NCBI GenBank assembly: GCA_951406725.2
Contig: OX597823.1
Span: forward strand, 87,048,001-87,112,000
Origin: Octopus vulgaris
Taxonomy: Eukaryota
Direction of reading: 5' to 3'
DNA length: 64,000 bases
In this document: in pieces, positions 1 through 13,480 of the stretch
Position numbering within the stretch: the stretch's first letter is position 1
Layout of the letters: each line of letters starts with the position of its first letter
Notes under the pieces: generated by a model
What the model was told of the DNA's origin: nothing
Databases searched by the model: none
Seen by the model: the letters and a program-made list of their open reading frames with translations, nothing else
Program-made: the position numbers and the translations under genes

Positions 1-51
1 CGACTGGCCCTCTCCCCATAAATTTCGAGCTATGTGCATAGAGTAGAAAAG
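1..51 (+). mobile_element. 3' end fragment of SINE family A (tail type 2), cut by window start
   Basis: cgactggccc...tgtgcatagagtagaaaag matches the end of the family A copy at 16430-16480. Confidence 0.7.
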
Positions 52-61
52 TGTAATTATA

Positions 62-298
62 CAGAAAACCCACACCATATTACGGTTCATCTATCGCGGT
101 TCAGCCATCACGGCTTATTATTTAAGCTTACGTCGATTCGTCCGTGGTGTTGCTTTGCATTTATAATAAAATAAATATATACAAATTACAATTTGTATAA
201 TTAAAAAATATACCGTGCTATACTGTATATACTTCGCAGATTTTCACCTATTGCGCGAATATCGGAATGCAACACCCGTGATATTCGAGGGTTTACTG
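62..298. mobile_element. pogo/Tigger-like MITE (Tc1/mariner superfamily, non-autonomous)
   Basis: TA|CAGAAAACCC... at left and ...CGAGGGTTTACTG|TA at right form imperfect TIRs with TA flanks; no ORF. Confidence 0.6.
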
Positions 299-1112
299 TA
301 TTATCAACAATTGGATATTTGTTGGTCGTGTGTTTATGATGCTCGATTTGTAGCCACTGGCTTTTGGGTTCAATCCCAGTGCAGCTCACCTTTAGCGAGT
401 ATTTTTTTAGTATATCCTCGAACCGAAGAATGCTACAAATTATCTCTCTCCTTCGAACATCTCACAATACTGTATCCACACTTATTACAGGAGGGTACCT
501 TACTAATTTCGGTGCCAAGGAAAGAATAGAACTAGTAACCCTCAGTAAAATGCCCGTTATTCGGAAAGACATCCAACATTAGAAGCCAAGATAAAGCAGA
601 AAGCAAAAATTGGAGCTCCACACTCTCCATTGGTTCGTCATGATGCTGATGATGATGATGATGGTGACTACGACGACAACGACACCGAAGAGTATGATGA
701 TGATGACAATGATTAATATGACAATGATGACGACGACAACGACGATGATTATGAAGATGGCGATAATAACGATGGCGATGACGATGCAAAATAAACAAAT
801 AAGCTAATATCATTACTCTGTTCAAGTATTTTAGTATTTGCGACTTTCCTTTTTCTTCTTCTTCTTCTTCTTCTTCTTCTTCTTCTTCTTCTTCTTCTTC
901 TTCCCGAATACATTTTCCTCTCGTCTTAAAGCGCCGGCCTAATTCAGTCTCACTTGCACCTAACATCCAACACATAATACCCTAAACAACAACCACTACC
1001 ATTACCACCACCACCACCACCACAACAACAACAACAGCAACAACAACAACACCATCAACAATAACTACAGCAGCAGCTGTATTGGCGATGAAAACAAATG
1101 CTACTACTGCTG

Positions 1113-1164
<52 letters not shown>

Positions 1165-1376
1165 AGTTGCTGTTGTCGCTGCCGCTGCTGCCACTGTTAC
1201 TGCTATTACATGAGAAAACCTGACAATAGCCGTAACAACCTCATCATCGGCAGCAGGGGCACATATGACAACACTGGCGGCACCCCATTACCTATGCATA
1301 TTCTCATTTTCTGCCGTCCCTTGCGGCACAAACCAAAGAGATAATAAATAAATATAAATAAACATAAGAGCAAATA

Positions 1377-1435
<59 letters not shown>

Positions 1436-1773
1436 TCATATTTATATATACAGACACACACAAATGCACGTCTTCTCCAACACCACCCCCACCACCAGTA
1501 CTAATGTCTCGGCCTCGGCCATTTTTATGTGAGACTTCATGTCGTGATATTGCTCTCTCTGTCTCTCTGTCTCTGTCTCTCTGTGTAGTTCTAGTGTGCC
1601 ACGTTCAGTCCCACTACACACACAATGCTCCTACCCCACCACCACCACCACCACCTCCAGCAACAACAACACCATCATCACTACAACCACAATTCTCCAC
1701 CACCACCACCTCCACCACTTCCTCCACCATCGCCGACATCAAAACACTCTTTATACATGTTTTGTGTGTGTAG

Positions 1774-1831
1774 ATGCTGGGGTTCGAACGAGTGCACGGT
1801 GTGTAGGGGGTTACCTGGGATGCCATGCTGA
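1774..1831 (+). CDS. Possible short terminal coding exon (CWGSNECTVCRGLPGMPC*), product unknown
   Basis: ttttgtgtgtgtag acceptor at 1773, non-repetitive 4-Cys peptide then TGA; no recognised family, no partner exon. Confidence 0.2.
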
Positions 1832-2762
1832 TAGCTCAGCAAAAACACAAATATAATTAAACATACTTATCCATTAAGACCTGGTCATTTGTCTTTCTTT
1901 TTTTGTTTTTCTTTTTTATTTCCTTTTTTTTCTTTTCCCATCGCTTCCCAAGCGTTGATAGCTTCATTAACAACAATATGGACAACTCCACAACACTATT
2001 AGCTACGATCAGATTATTATTATTTCCCGCTCTTTCTTTATGATGGATTGAAGAAGGTGGAGACGATAGTGGTGGAGGAAGTGGTGGTGGTGGCGGAGTT
2101 GATGGTGGCGGCGGCGGTGGTGGTGGAGACGATAGTGGTGATGTTCGTGTTGGTGACGGTGGTGGTGGTGGTGGTGTTCGTGTTGGTGACAGTGGTGGTG
2201 GTGGTGGTGTTGAAGAATTAGAGTTTATTCAATTATTTGTTGTTCTTTTCTCGTCTCCCACAGATTTGTTTTTATCCACCCCGCCGATAACGGTGGTAAT
2301 GATGATGGTAGTTGTAGTGGTGGGGGTGATAGTGGCGGCGATGGTGACTGTGAAGGTGATGAATGTGTAGTGGTGGTGATGGTGTTGGTGGCGGTGGTAG
2401 TGTTGGTGGTAGTGGTGATGGTCATCGTCGTCATCGACGTCGTCACCTTCGTCGTCGCCGTCGTGGTGGTTGTAGCTGTGTTGAGAGTGATGTCGGTGCT
2501 GCTACAGCCACTGCTGTTGTTGTTGTTGGTGGTGGTGGTGGCAGTGGTTTCTCGCCGTGGTGCTTGTGATGGAAGTTGTGGTAGTGATAGTGGTGGTGAT
2601 GGTGGTGGTGGTGGTGGTAGTAGTGGTTGTGTTGGTGACGATGATGGTGGTGGTGGAGGCAGTGCTGGAGGTGGTGGTGGTAGGGGTACTTTTGATGGTG
2701 GTGATGGTGACGTTGTTGGTAGCGGTGCTGGCGGCGGCAGCAGTAGTAGTTTCGGTGGTGAC

Positions 2763-3202
2763 ACTCTTTTACTTGTTTCAGTCATTTGACTGAGGCCTTG
2801 CTGGAGCACCGCCTTTAGTCGAGGCAACCGACACCAGGACTTATTCTTAGTAAGCCTAGTACTTATTCTATCTATTTTGCCAAACCGCTAACTTATGGGG
2901 ACGTAAACACACCAACATCGGTTGTCAAGTGATGTTGGCGGTACAGTTCAGACACTCAAACGTATACATGCACACACACACACATACACATACACACAAC
3001 ACACACACACACACATATATGCATATATATATACATATACATGACGGTCTTCTTTCAGTTTCCGTCTACCAAATCCATGCACAAGGCTTTGGTCAGCCCG
3101 AGGTTATAGTAGAAGACACTTGCCCAAGGTGCCACGCAGTGGGAATGAACCCGGAAGCATGTGGTTGGTAAGCAAGCTACTCACCACACAGCCACTCCTA
3201 AT
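2763..3202 (-). mobile_element. SINE family B (tRNA-like head, CORE-like centre, internal (TA)/(TG) microsatellite, AGTAAAAG tail)
   Basis: Reverse complement of the full copy at 36570-36987; centre gcaccttgggcaagtgtctt resembles the CORE-SINE motif. Confidence 0.9.
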
Positions 3203-3787
3203 CCCTGATGTCCGTGGAACTGGTGGTGATGATACTGATTACGACGGCAACGATGATGCTGGCAGCGACGAAGACGACGACGACGACGACGACGATGACG
3301 ATGACGATGATGATGGTTATAGTAATGGATGTTGTTGGTGGCGTTGACGTCGATCCGATGCATCTGTCACGATGCGATTGCGGTAACGGTGATGGTCAAA
3401 AAAGTAGATGCTGAAGTGATGTGGTGGCTGATAATGAGGGTGGTAACTGACGATGGGCAGGTGTTATGGAGATGATGAGGTTGCAGGTGATGACAGTGAT
3501 GAAGACGTTGTGAGTTCGAAGCGGGACAGGTGGAGGGAGAGGGTTAATAACGAGACCAAGAATATAACGATGGTAAAATAGCGTCGACGATGACAACGAG
3601 GTTGAGGACAGAGGTAATGAAGAGGAAGGTGATGATGAAGATGATGATGATGGTGGTGGTGATGGTGACGATCGGGGTGGAGACATCTACGACGGCGGCA
3701 ACGGCGAGGGTGGCCACATTTAGATCGCTCGATAGATAGATAAATAAACAGAAAGATTGACACATATAAGACACATATATATATGTG

Positions 3788-3858
<71 letters not shown>

Positions 3859-4295
3859 ATATATATATATATATATATAGTGACCAAGAAAAAAGCAACA
3901 AGAATGGATTAGTAGTTTAGTACAATTGTTTCATAATAAGAACAATTTTATTTGAAGCCGCAAATATTGCAGAAAATACAAATGTCCAGTATTCATCAGC
4001 TAAATCACATATATGTTTTCCAGACATCCTAGACAGTTTGATTATCCTCATGAAGTATTAGGAGTGAGTTCTATGAAATTTAAAGTCAAATTATAAGCAG
4101 ACTTATATTACTTTCTAATGATGCACAGTTTTATAAAAAGTTTTTAAATATTGTTAACTTCCCAGAGAAGGTGAATCCATCTATAAAAATGTAGATATAA
4201 TTTCCGGAGACATGAGGAAAGCTGCTGGTCACACACCGGTTCATTTCACATATATATATAGTGAGAGAGAAAAAGACACACAGGCAGACAGACAA

Positions 4296-4330
4296 ATAGA
4301 TAGATAAATAGATAGATAGACTGATAGACT

Positions 4331-4376
<46 letters not shown>

Positions 4377-4381
4377 CAGAC

Positions 4382-4452
<71 letters not shown>

Positions 4453-4510
4453 CAGACAGACATACAGATAGATGAACAGACAGACAGATAGATAGACTAG
4501 ATAGACTGGC
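4296..4510. repeat. (GATA)n/(GACA)n microsatellite
   Basis: Direct reading. Confidence 0.95.
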
Positions 4511-5504
4511 AGATAAATACATACTGACATAAGAAAAGAGGAAAAGCGCGCGAGAGAAAATGAGAAAAGGAAAGAGAAAGGGATAGTGGTGAGTGAGACA
4601 GTGAGACAGTGATACTTGTTGCCAAATTCTTATTTCTCAGTTACGACTGAGAGGACACAAGACAGGGTTTTTCTTCTACAACAAAGCTCTCATGAATATT
4701 TTCAAGTACCACACGAATGAAAGAGAGACTCGAAGCCTGACTTGGTCGTCTACAATATTTCCCCAAATGAAACTGAGAGTCTGTGTGTCTGAATCCGTAT
4801 AAAAATGCCAGTGCTATGCTTTATCTATAAAGACCCTAACGTTTATTTTTCTATAAATTTCATTCATTTACCTTTTTTTTTTTTTTTTCGTATTTGCTTT
4901 CCTAAACAGAGAATTCTTCTTAAAGATGCGGCTGCTCTCCTACATCAATTCAATAGCAGCTACATTTTTTTCCCCCGCTTTTGTGTTTACGTTGTGTCAC
5001 CTTCTTTAGTTCTGGGGTTGAATGATGCTCTGGTAAAGTGCTTATTTTGTTATACATTTCATTGTCTGTCATTTCCAGAGTTCCACTCAGAAAAGACACC
5101 AGATACATCTTTTGTTGCCTTACCCCACAGTTGTTTCACTCTTATTCACCAATATTTGTATTTCGAAAAAAAAAAAAAATCAGAAAAAATGTTTCCTTCG
5201 TTGATTGATATGTTCACGTATGCGGGACATGACAGATTAGTCACTGAAGTACAATCTGTACCTTTTTTTCTCTGTGTTATTTTAATGATTATATTTAAGG
5301 CATTTGCTTAGATTCACCCGGTCGTTATGCACTGCCATGTTATGTAGTATTATTACAGCAATTTTTTCTCTTGCTTTTTCCTGGCTCTGTTGATAATAAT
5401 CAGTGATGCTACCCTTTATAAAACTCCAGAGGATTTTAGTAATGAAGAGGATAACCAGCTGCTAGACTGTACCAGCGCGAACAGAAGGGAGTTGCGCTTG
5501 TTTG

Positions 5505-5507
5505 TTA

Positions 5508-5555
<48 letters not shown>

Positions 5556-5593
5556 CATCATTATTATTATTATTATTATTATTACCATTATTA

Positions 5594-5630
<37 letters not shown>

Positions 5631-5638
5631 CATTATTA

Positions 5639-5721
<83 letters not shown>
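5505..5721. repeat. (ATT)n microsatellite
   Basis: Direct reading. Confidence 0.95.
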
Positions 5722-5723
<2 letters not shown>

Positions 5724-6013
5724 GGCGGCGAACTGGCAGAAACGTTAGCACGCCGGGGCGAAATAGTGGTATTTCGTCTGCCGCTACGTTCTGTGTTCAA
5801 ATTCCGCCGAGGTCGACTTTGCCTATCATCCTTTCGGGGTCGATTAAATAAGTACCAGTTACGCACTGGGGTCAATGTAATCGACTTAATCCGTTTGTCT
5901 GTCCTTGTTTTTCTTCTCTGTGTTTAGCCCCTTGTGTGTAGAAAAGAAATAGGAAATGATATTTCGTCCGTCTTTACGTTCTAAGTTCAAATACCGCCGA
6001 GGTCGATGTTGCC
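5722..6013 (+). mobile_element. SINE family A (head aaggcggcgagctggcagaa, body gttcaaattccgccgaggtcgactttgcc, tail type 1) followed by a second partial body
   Basis: Near-identical to copies at 15437, 16080, 18659, 20081; B-box-like GTTCAAATTCC. Confidence 0.9.
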
Positions 6014-6765
6014 GCCTCGGTAGGAGTCGGTGGATTTTTCCGATGAATAAACATCAGTGGAGTTGAGTAGTTGCGTGCTTACACATACAACTGATTGTCT
6101 ACGTAAAATCATTATGTCAATACTTGTACATATTTGAGCTGAAACATGATTTTAAGAAGTCAATCTGAGAAACTTTCAGAAATATTGAAATTTAATGTTA
6201 AATATTTGGAAGGTTTCGACAGTAAAAAAAACTATTCTCTCATTTGAAGCCTGGAAGATGGTAGTCTAGCGTTAGTGCCGGATTAAACGTAGGCCGTGCA
6301 GGTGGGCAGTCTAGCCTAAGCTCCGGATTAAAGATGTCAGCAATGCTATTAGGCTTCAAGACCAGTTACTGCAAGAGCCTGGGTGTCAGGTGACCACAGC
6401 GTTTTAATAATATCCCAAAGAACCTCAAGGCTCAAAGTCAATGTAAGTGTTTTCAAATCAAAACTGCATCTCTTCCTGTCGAGATGAACTTACCTTGCGA
6501 CAAGAGATGAAATGAGGATAGCGACATTAAACTGCCTTTGTTTTCAAATTTCATACTTGATATATGTAAAGAATATGAGAGGTTTAGATCACCGGTTTAG
6601 AAACGCTAAGGTTTAGATGTTTAGATACGCTACGAGCTATAATTGGTCATCCGTTATGTTCCAAGTACACAGCTGAGACTGAAACTAGGAATATGAAATA
6701 GTCTTCCGAGTTAGCATAGACATATTAAATGAAAAAGGACTGAGTTGGTTTTTGTTGTCCTTTTC

Positions 6766-6865
<100 letters not shown>

Positions 6866-6958
6866 GAAGAAATGAGGTAATCAAAAGATCGGATAGTTTA
6901 TATTTACAGATATTTATTTATATATTACATTTTTTACATATATATCATATCACTTAGA

Positions 6959-6999
6959 TCATTAGCGCTTTCTCCCATTCTAGTGGGATTTTCAAATCA
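6959..6999 (-). ncRNA. Minimal type I hammerhead ribozyme fold, U3-A8 core variant, weak stem I
   Basis: Minus strand: ugau UUGAAAA UCCCA cuagaa UGGGA GAAA GCGC UA auga; palindromic stem III (AGCGCU); lies between (TG)n and (TA)n. Confidence 0.55.
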
Positions 7000-7000
7000 A

Positions 7001-7086
<86 letters not shown>

Positions 7087-7095
7087 GTATATATA

Positions 7096-7937
7096 CGAGG
7101 GTGAGTCAAAAAATAATGCCATTTTGTTTAGGACAGGTATAATTACCAGCACAGGAACATGTATCATACATCAAAGTGAAGCTGGTCTTCTGTTGATCAC
7201 ATCCCCACTCCTCAACATGGTCACTGTTTCTCTCAATAGCAATGTTCTACCTTCGAATGAGAACATGTATCCCTGTCACTTCTTCACAACAGTTTTCACT
7301 TCCTCGTCACTGGAATAATATTTGCCTCTTAAACCCTCTTTCATGGGGCCGAAGAGATGACCCTGTCAGTCTTGCGATCAGTAGTCGGCTCTCTCGGTAC
7401 CCAACGGGCACACACAATTTTTGAAAAGCCAAGTGATTCAACAATGTTGTAAGCACTTCCATGGCCAACGTCAAGGTTTTCTGCCAACTCATGAAGTGTT
7501 ATACGCCTGTCTTCTCTGATCAGAGCATCTGCTTTTGCTTTATTGGCAGGATTCACAGAAGCGGACGGACGGCCAGAACGGGGTTTATCGGGTACACTCA
7601 CAGTTCTCACCTTTTCGTCTTTCAGACGACCGATCCACCTCCATACATTGCTATGATCTAAAGTATTATCTTCAAAGACATTTTGTAATCGTCGGTGAAT
7701 GCACACAGGGGTTTCCTCCTAAGCAACAAGAAAGTCAATCACTGATCTTTGTTTTTGACGTAACTTTAAGGAGGCAGCCATTTTAAAATTTTCCTTACCA
7801 GTCTAAAAACCTGAAAAGTAAGAAACAAAATATTTCAGAACGTATATGATATAATCATTTATAACTGGGAAAAGTTTTAGTTATTTTTATCAAAACTTCA
7901 CATAAAATAAATGGTATTGCTTTTTGACTCACCCTCG
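7096..7937 (-). mobile_element. Internally deleted mariner element
   Basis: TA|CGAGGGTGAGTCAAAA...TTTTGACTCACCCTCG|TA TIRs; ORF 7341-7706 has the mariner HTH region (PRSGRP, IREDRRIT..ELA) and CARWVPR motif; catalytic DDD region missing. Confidence 0.92.
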
Positions 7938-7944
7938 TATATAT

Positions 7945-8052
7945 ATTTGGTCGGCCTGAGGCTATAGTATTTGCGCAAGATGTCATGCAGTTGGACTGAA
8001 CCCGGAATCATGTGGTTGGGAAGCATGCCTCTTATCGTACGCCCAAGCCTGT
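7945..8052 (-). mobile_element. SINE family B 5' fragment
   Basis: tttggtcggcctgaggctatagta...gaacccggaatcatgtggttgg matches family B head/centre. Confidence 0.75.
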
Positions 8053-9299
8053 GCCCTCGTTCTCAGTTCTATTTAACTGAGGCTAACTTACGGCCAAAAC
8101 CACAAATTAATAATAACCATAAAAGCCACGACCTAAAATGGCAGCAACATCATTTTAAGAATTCGATCTTAGAAACCGTCACAAATGCCGAAATTCAAAT
8201 ATTTGGAAGGATACGACGGTAAAAATTATTCAGTCGTAATATTCTTTTTTTTTTTTGTTCTTTCAGTAAGATTATAATTAGGGTAAAATAATTAGAATTT
8301 TCCTTTTTATTTTCTATGAACTAAAAACAAAATTGATGAAAAAACTCTGACACACACAGTTCATTTTTGTGTTTTATTTAGAAATGCTTAATTTTGTTTT
8401 CATTTGAATACACCTGCAAAAAATTTAATGAGAGAGAGCACACTGAATCCTCTATACGCATACACACACTCACACACACATACACATATATATATTTGTA
8501 TGTCTACACACACACACATACACACACGTGTGTGTGTGACTGTTCGTATATATGTGTGTATGAGAGTAGGTGTGTGTAGTAGAGTGAACGTATACATAAA
8601 CAGACGAACGTGAAATGATTAAATCATAAGAATCGAAGCGTTTGTTTGTGTAGTTGAGATTTTGTTGTTATCAAAATAATTCAAAAACAACACGAAACAA
8701 TTACAATAACAGTAATATTAATAATAAACAAACAGTGGCAGAAGAATAAAAAAATACATATATATTATTGAGGTGATGATAGAAAGGTCAAACTGCAAAA
8801 TTATAATGAAAATGAAGCAACTATGAGAAAGAGCAAATACAATCTTTGAAGATATTAGAAGAGTGGGGAAAAAAGGAATATTTGAATAGAGAATATAGAA
8901 TCATTGTAGAAATGCACAAATGGTATTTCTCGTCTGTCTAATTAAATGCAAGTTTATAATGAGAATTAGTAAACAACAAGAGAGCAACAGGGGGGATAGG
9001 GGTGAAAAGAGAGAGAGAAAAAAATAAGGAAATGAAAGTAAGTTAGAGGCTAATGAATGCAATTAATAACGTACTCCACATAGACATACACACATACACA
9101 TATACAAATACACTCCTATAGACATATATACACGCTTAGGTACGTAGATGCACCAACTCTATAATTACTGAATATAGATACATAAACATACGTGCACCTC
9201 GTGGCTGGTGTATATACAGTCATTGTGTGCGTTTTTGTGAGTGAGTGTGTGTTTGTGCGTTTGTGCGAATGCGTGTGTGTGTATATATATATATATATG

Positions 9300-9382
<83 letters not shown>

Positions 9383-9407
9383 CATATTGATATTCATCTC
9401 TCTCCCT

Positions 9408-9467
<60 letters not shown>

Positions 9468-9573
9468 TATCATACAAGGCATGGAAAATTGTTGCAATAA
9501 GATGTGATCTCACAACTTCTGGATATAGACTTGGACTTTACTTTTTTACTTTTTTTACCTTGTATCCTTACTG

Positions 9574-9662
9574 ACTCTATGATGAAGTTTTGGAGTTCGA
9601 TGTTTGTATGAGATGTCAACTTTAGCATACTGGACATCCAAAGCAGAAATAGCTGTAAGAGT
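9574..9662 (+). ncRNA. Type I hammerhead fold with long loop 2 (C3 mutated to A), inside a ~450-bp island flanked by (TA)/(GA) repeats
   Basis: ACUCU AUGAUGA A GUUUUGGA ...42 nt... UCCAAAGC A GAAA UAGCUG UA AGAGU: 5-bp stem I, 8-bp stem II, near-palindromic stem III. Confidence 0.7.
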
Positions 9663-9926
9663 GGAGTCGTATTTATTTATTTATTTATTCTTATGATTAT
9701 AGTAAATAAATCTTATTGTTGCTTGTCAGTTGAATCTCTTCCCCATGTTTTCTTTGCCTTATACTAATTCTGGATAATCTTTTGCTTACCTCCACTAATA
9801 CCTATTATTCAACTATACTATTGCCTCGAAACAGTAAGCATTTGGATATAAGTAGATATCCCTCCAGTAGTATATTTATTATCTCTTAGATGGTTGTCTA
9901 AACTCTAACTCATATAAACTTATATG

Positions 9927-9982
<56 letters not shown>

Positions 9983-10024
9983 ATATATATAATGTGTATA
10001 TTTATATGCATGTATATATATAAA

Positions 10025-10064
<40 letters not shown>

Positions 10065-10069
<5 letters not shown>

Positions 10070-10210
10070 ATCCAAACAAGAAAACACAAAAAACACGGCA
10101 ACGCGAGGACGTGGAACAAATAAAGTATTATTGGACGCTCAGGAAAGAAGGGAAGAAGAAGGGTTTAACGTTTCGAGCGGAGCTCTTCGTCGGAAACAAA
10201 GGAGAAGGAA
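10065..10210 (-). mobile_element. Short (TA)n-embedded HHR element (PLE terminal-repeat-like), copy 1; HHR at 10163-10197
   Basis: Reverse complement of 44437-44586; the 35-nt HHR is identical in both copies. Confidence 0.85.
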
Positions 10211-10346
10211 TATATATATTAGCATATCAGGTGCAACGAGATGTTATTGTACACCACTGGTCATAATGTTCTTTCTAATTCTGCCTTGACTGTCCCATTC
10301 TTTTCCATTCCTGACCAAAATCGTCTTTCCTTCGTCTATATATATA

Positions 10347-11252
10347 CGAATGGGTAACAGTAACCGGAAACGATCTCTGTAGAACAAACCCGTTGTAGTT
10401 CAGGCTTCTGCCGCAAGAAGCCCCTTGATGCGACCCTCAGACAACAGTCTGCCGACCGGTGTCACCCGTCGGGGTCGTATTACCAGGTTGTGCCTTTTTG
10501 TTTTACTTTGCTAGACCCCTGTTCGTCGATTTTTACGAAGGCCGAAACGAAGGAATAGTGTGCTTCTGTGAAATTCTGTTTTCTGCTGGGGTAAACGGTG
10601 GCAGAAACAGTTGCTATGCTTTAAACAGCTTACAAGGACGCTGTGATGTGCAAAACAGAACGTTACGTGCGATTGCCACGCTTTAGGAATGGTCATTTGT
10701 CACTTGAAGACCAACCTCGTTTAGGACGACCGTCGACTTCCAGAACGATTGAAAACATCATGAAAATTCATGAATTGACCTTGGAGAACCGAGCAATCGA
10801 CGAATTTGTTGATATGATTGGCGTGTCCTGCAACTCCTGCCAACGAATTTTGAGCGAGAAATTACGAATGAAAATAGTTGCAGCAAAATTTGTGCCTCGC
10901 TTGCTCATAGAAGATCAAAAGCGGTCACGAGTGAATGTATGGCGTCAACTGATAGAATAATTGGATGATGATCCGGACTTATTGTCGAAGAGCAACACAC
11001 GTGACGAATGCTGGTGCTACGGAATTTGTAGGTGTGGGGAAAGATAAAGAAAAAGACGGCGTAGGCGTTAAAAGGCATCACATCGCAAGAGTTCTAGGAC
11101 TGCCTCAAACAGTGGAAAACGCGTCTGGAACGATGCATTGTTTCAAATGGAGAATACTTTGAAAGCGATAAAAGTGTAAACATGTAAAAGTGTAATATTG
11201 CGAAATAGTGTAATATTGCGGAATAGCCATTTTGGGGTGGGATAATCCCTCG
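10347..11252 (+). mobile_element. Decayed, internally deleted mariner element
   Basis: ORF 10643-10960 LEDQPRLGRPSTS...AAKFVPRLL..DQK; C-terminal remnant CLKQWKTRLERCIVSNGEYFE near 11100-11165; ends ...ccctcg|ta, left TIR eroded. Confidence 0.85.
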
Positions 11253-11909
11253 TATATACCTACCTATATTTTTTTAATATTTCGCTTGATCATTGCGATT
11301 CTAAATACCTGATTAGAACTCAATATATTGAAATTCGTGACATCATTAGTTATTTGGTGTATCATCCCAAATTCCTTGCATATTACATACATACGTACAT
11401 ACATATGGGATTAACCAATCATAGCTATTTTTTTATTTTTAGAGAGATATACCTTAAAAATTATCAAGTCTGCCGTATGGAACATCGGTGCCTGTCTCCA
11501 TCTTCGATTAAAATACAGTCTTGATAATTGTAAATGGATTTCGCTTTTTGCATGAAATCAATGGTAGCTTTGAACTATGAATGATGAATACTTATCCATT
11601 AATGCGGAGTTGACCCTCATTTTCATTGTTCGCTATCAACACACACACATATATATGGTTGTATGTATGCACATATGTGTGTATACTTATATAGATGTGT
11701 GTGTGCATGTGTGTGTGTGCATGTGTGTATATATATATATGTGTGTGTGCATGCGTGTGTGTGTGTGTGTGTGTGTGTGTATAAGCATATACAAAGAAAG
11801 ACGATTTGACTTAGTACTGAGTTTGGCTGAGCTGGAAACAGAGAGCAAAAGGAATTCCGTCTCTACCGAGAATATTCTATTTGCTTTACGGTTTTCCACG
11901 GAGAGAGTG

Positions 11910-12220
11910 AAAGCACCAGACTTATTCGGCTAACGGTCGCAATGTCGTGAGTTCGATTCGTGGTGGTACACTCTGTCCTTGAGCAAGACACTTTATTTTC
12001 ACGTTACTCCTGTACACTCAGCTGCCAAAAATGAGTAGGACCTGTATTTTGACGGCCAGGCTTGTCATATCCGATGTGTCACGCTAAATCTCCCGGAGAA
12101 CTACGTTAAGGGTATGCTTGTTTGTGGAGTACTCAGCCATTGGGAAGTTAAATTCACGTGCAGACACCTCCGTTATTTGGTACAAATCGAACCCTCGTCG
12201 CTGTAACCGACGGAGGGCCA
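11910..12220 (+). mobile_element. SINE family D (tRNA-like head, ttgagcaagacact...cactcagctg centre, long 3' module)
   Basis: B-box gagttcgattc; 3' module shared with 43895-44050 and 47505-47650. Confidence 0.7.
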
Positions 12221-12249
12221 GTTTTGTCTTTATCTACTAGGATAAAACT

Positions 12250-12470
12250 GTGAAGACTCCTGACTTAGTTGTTCGGGTGTTGGACTCATAATTGTAGGAC
12301 TGGGTTTCGATTCCTGGACCGGGTGATACGTTCTGTTCTTCAGCAAGAGACTTCGTTTCACGTTGGTCCAGTCCACTCAGCTGGCAAAAAAGACTAATCC
12401 TGCGACTGACAGGTGTCTCATCCAGGGAGAAAATATATACACAGGCCATGGAATCTGGCGCTATGAGTTT
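12250..12470 (+). mobile_element. SINE family D-related copy with a different 3' tail
   Basis: ggtttcgattcc B-box, cagcaagagact...gtccactcagctggcaaaaa centre; tail resembles the reverse complement of 43790-43885. Confidence 0.6.
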
Positions 12471-12740
12471 ATGCTTTCTTAAGATAAACCCGTCCAGGTA
12501 ACATGAGAAATATACCTTTAATTCTATCCATAAAAATATATATTCTACACATGAATTAATTACTCTTGTGAATGGAACAGGGATATTTGAACATAAGCTA
12601 GGGCTTGATCAACATTGGTTGGGTCAATTAGGCTGAGGATGTCTGATGATCAAAGAACAAAAAAATCTGATAAGTCAAGGATTTGTCACTGCCGTAAGCC
12701 GAAGCGCATCAAAGGGTGATATATGGAACATAATTTTTTA

Positions 12741-12831
<91 letters not shown>

Positions 12832-12891
12832 ATCTATCCATTTTATCTATAGTTAGATAGAAAGGTAGATACATGGATAGATACATGAATC

Positions 12892-12922
<31 letters not shown>

Positions 12923-12924
12923 TT

Positions 12925-13122
12925 TCGCCATGATAGATCGCTAGCCACTACACATTTTTTTTTATTTTCTCTCCTTGTTTCTTTCTGTGTTCCTTTCTGT
13001 GGAAGAGCATTGGCTCGAAATGTTAACTACATTTTCAATTCTCGAGCGTTAAATTAATGCATCTGTATGTTGTCTACACCACTTGTCTTCGACTTTTATT
13101 CCTTTTGTGAATCCCATCACCC
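12925..13122 (+). mobile_element. Short (TA)n-embedded element with HHR-like fold at 12994-13027
   Basis: CUGUGGA A GAGC auug GCUC GAAA UG UU: stem II and GAAA intact, A6 replaced by U; downstream gagcgt motif also present in the 44437 family. Confidence 0.55.
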
Positions 13123-13144
13123 AATATATATATATTCTTATATT

Positions 13145-13480
13145 CTTTTGTTTTACTAGTTTCAGGCATTTGAGTGCGCCCATGCTGGAGTAGTACTTTC
13201 GTCGCACAAATCGACACCTGGATTAATTTTTTGGAAACCTTCTATTTATTCTATTGTAAACACACCAACATTGACGGCGTGGGACAAACACAGACACACA
13301 CGCATAAATATATACATACATATATACACGTTGCTACTTCTTTTAGTTTTTATCTGCACAAGCCTTTGGTCGGCCCGACGCTATAATAGAAGACACTTCC
13401 TCAGGGTGATACGCAGTGGGTCTGAACCCGGAACCATGTCGTTGGTAAGGAAGCTACTTATCACACCGCCACTTCTGCGC
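13145..13480 (-). mobile_element. SINE family B (degraded)
   Basis: Tail, internal microsatellite, centre and head recognisable in reverse orientation. Confidence 0.8.

Larger units (their letters stand above)
640..3715. repeat. Low-complexity trinucleotide fields ((GAT)n, (TTC)n 853-903, (CTA)n, (CAC)n, (GGT)n, (GAC)n) interrupted by unique islands and one SINE
   Basis: Direct reading; explains the homopolymeric ORFs here. Confidence 0.9.

Noticed and set aside
2225-2827. 200-aa Pro/Thr-rich ORF resembling a mucin or extensin
   Set aside because: Starts inside a SINE B tail and runs through degenerate (GGT)n; no splice or domain support
4641-4802. Open frame after a good acceptor (LRLRGHKTGFFFY...)
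   Set aside because: No recognisable homology; expected by chance
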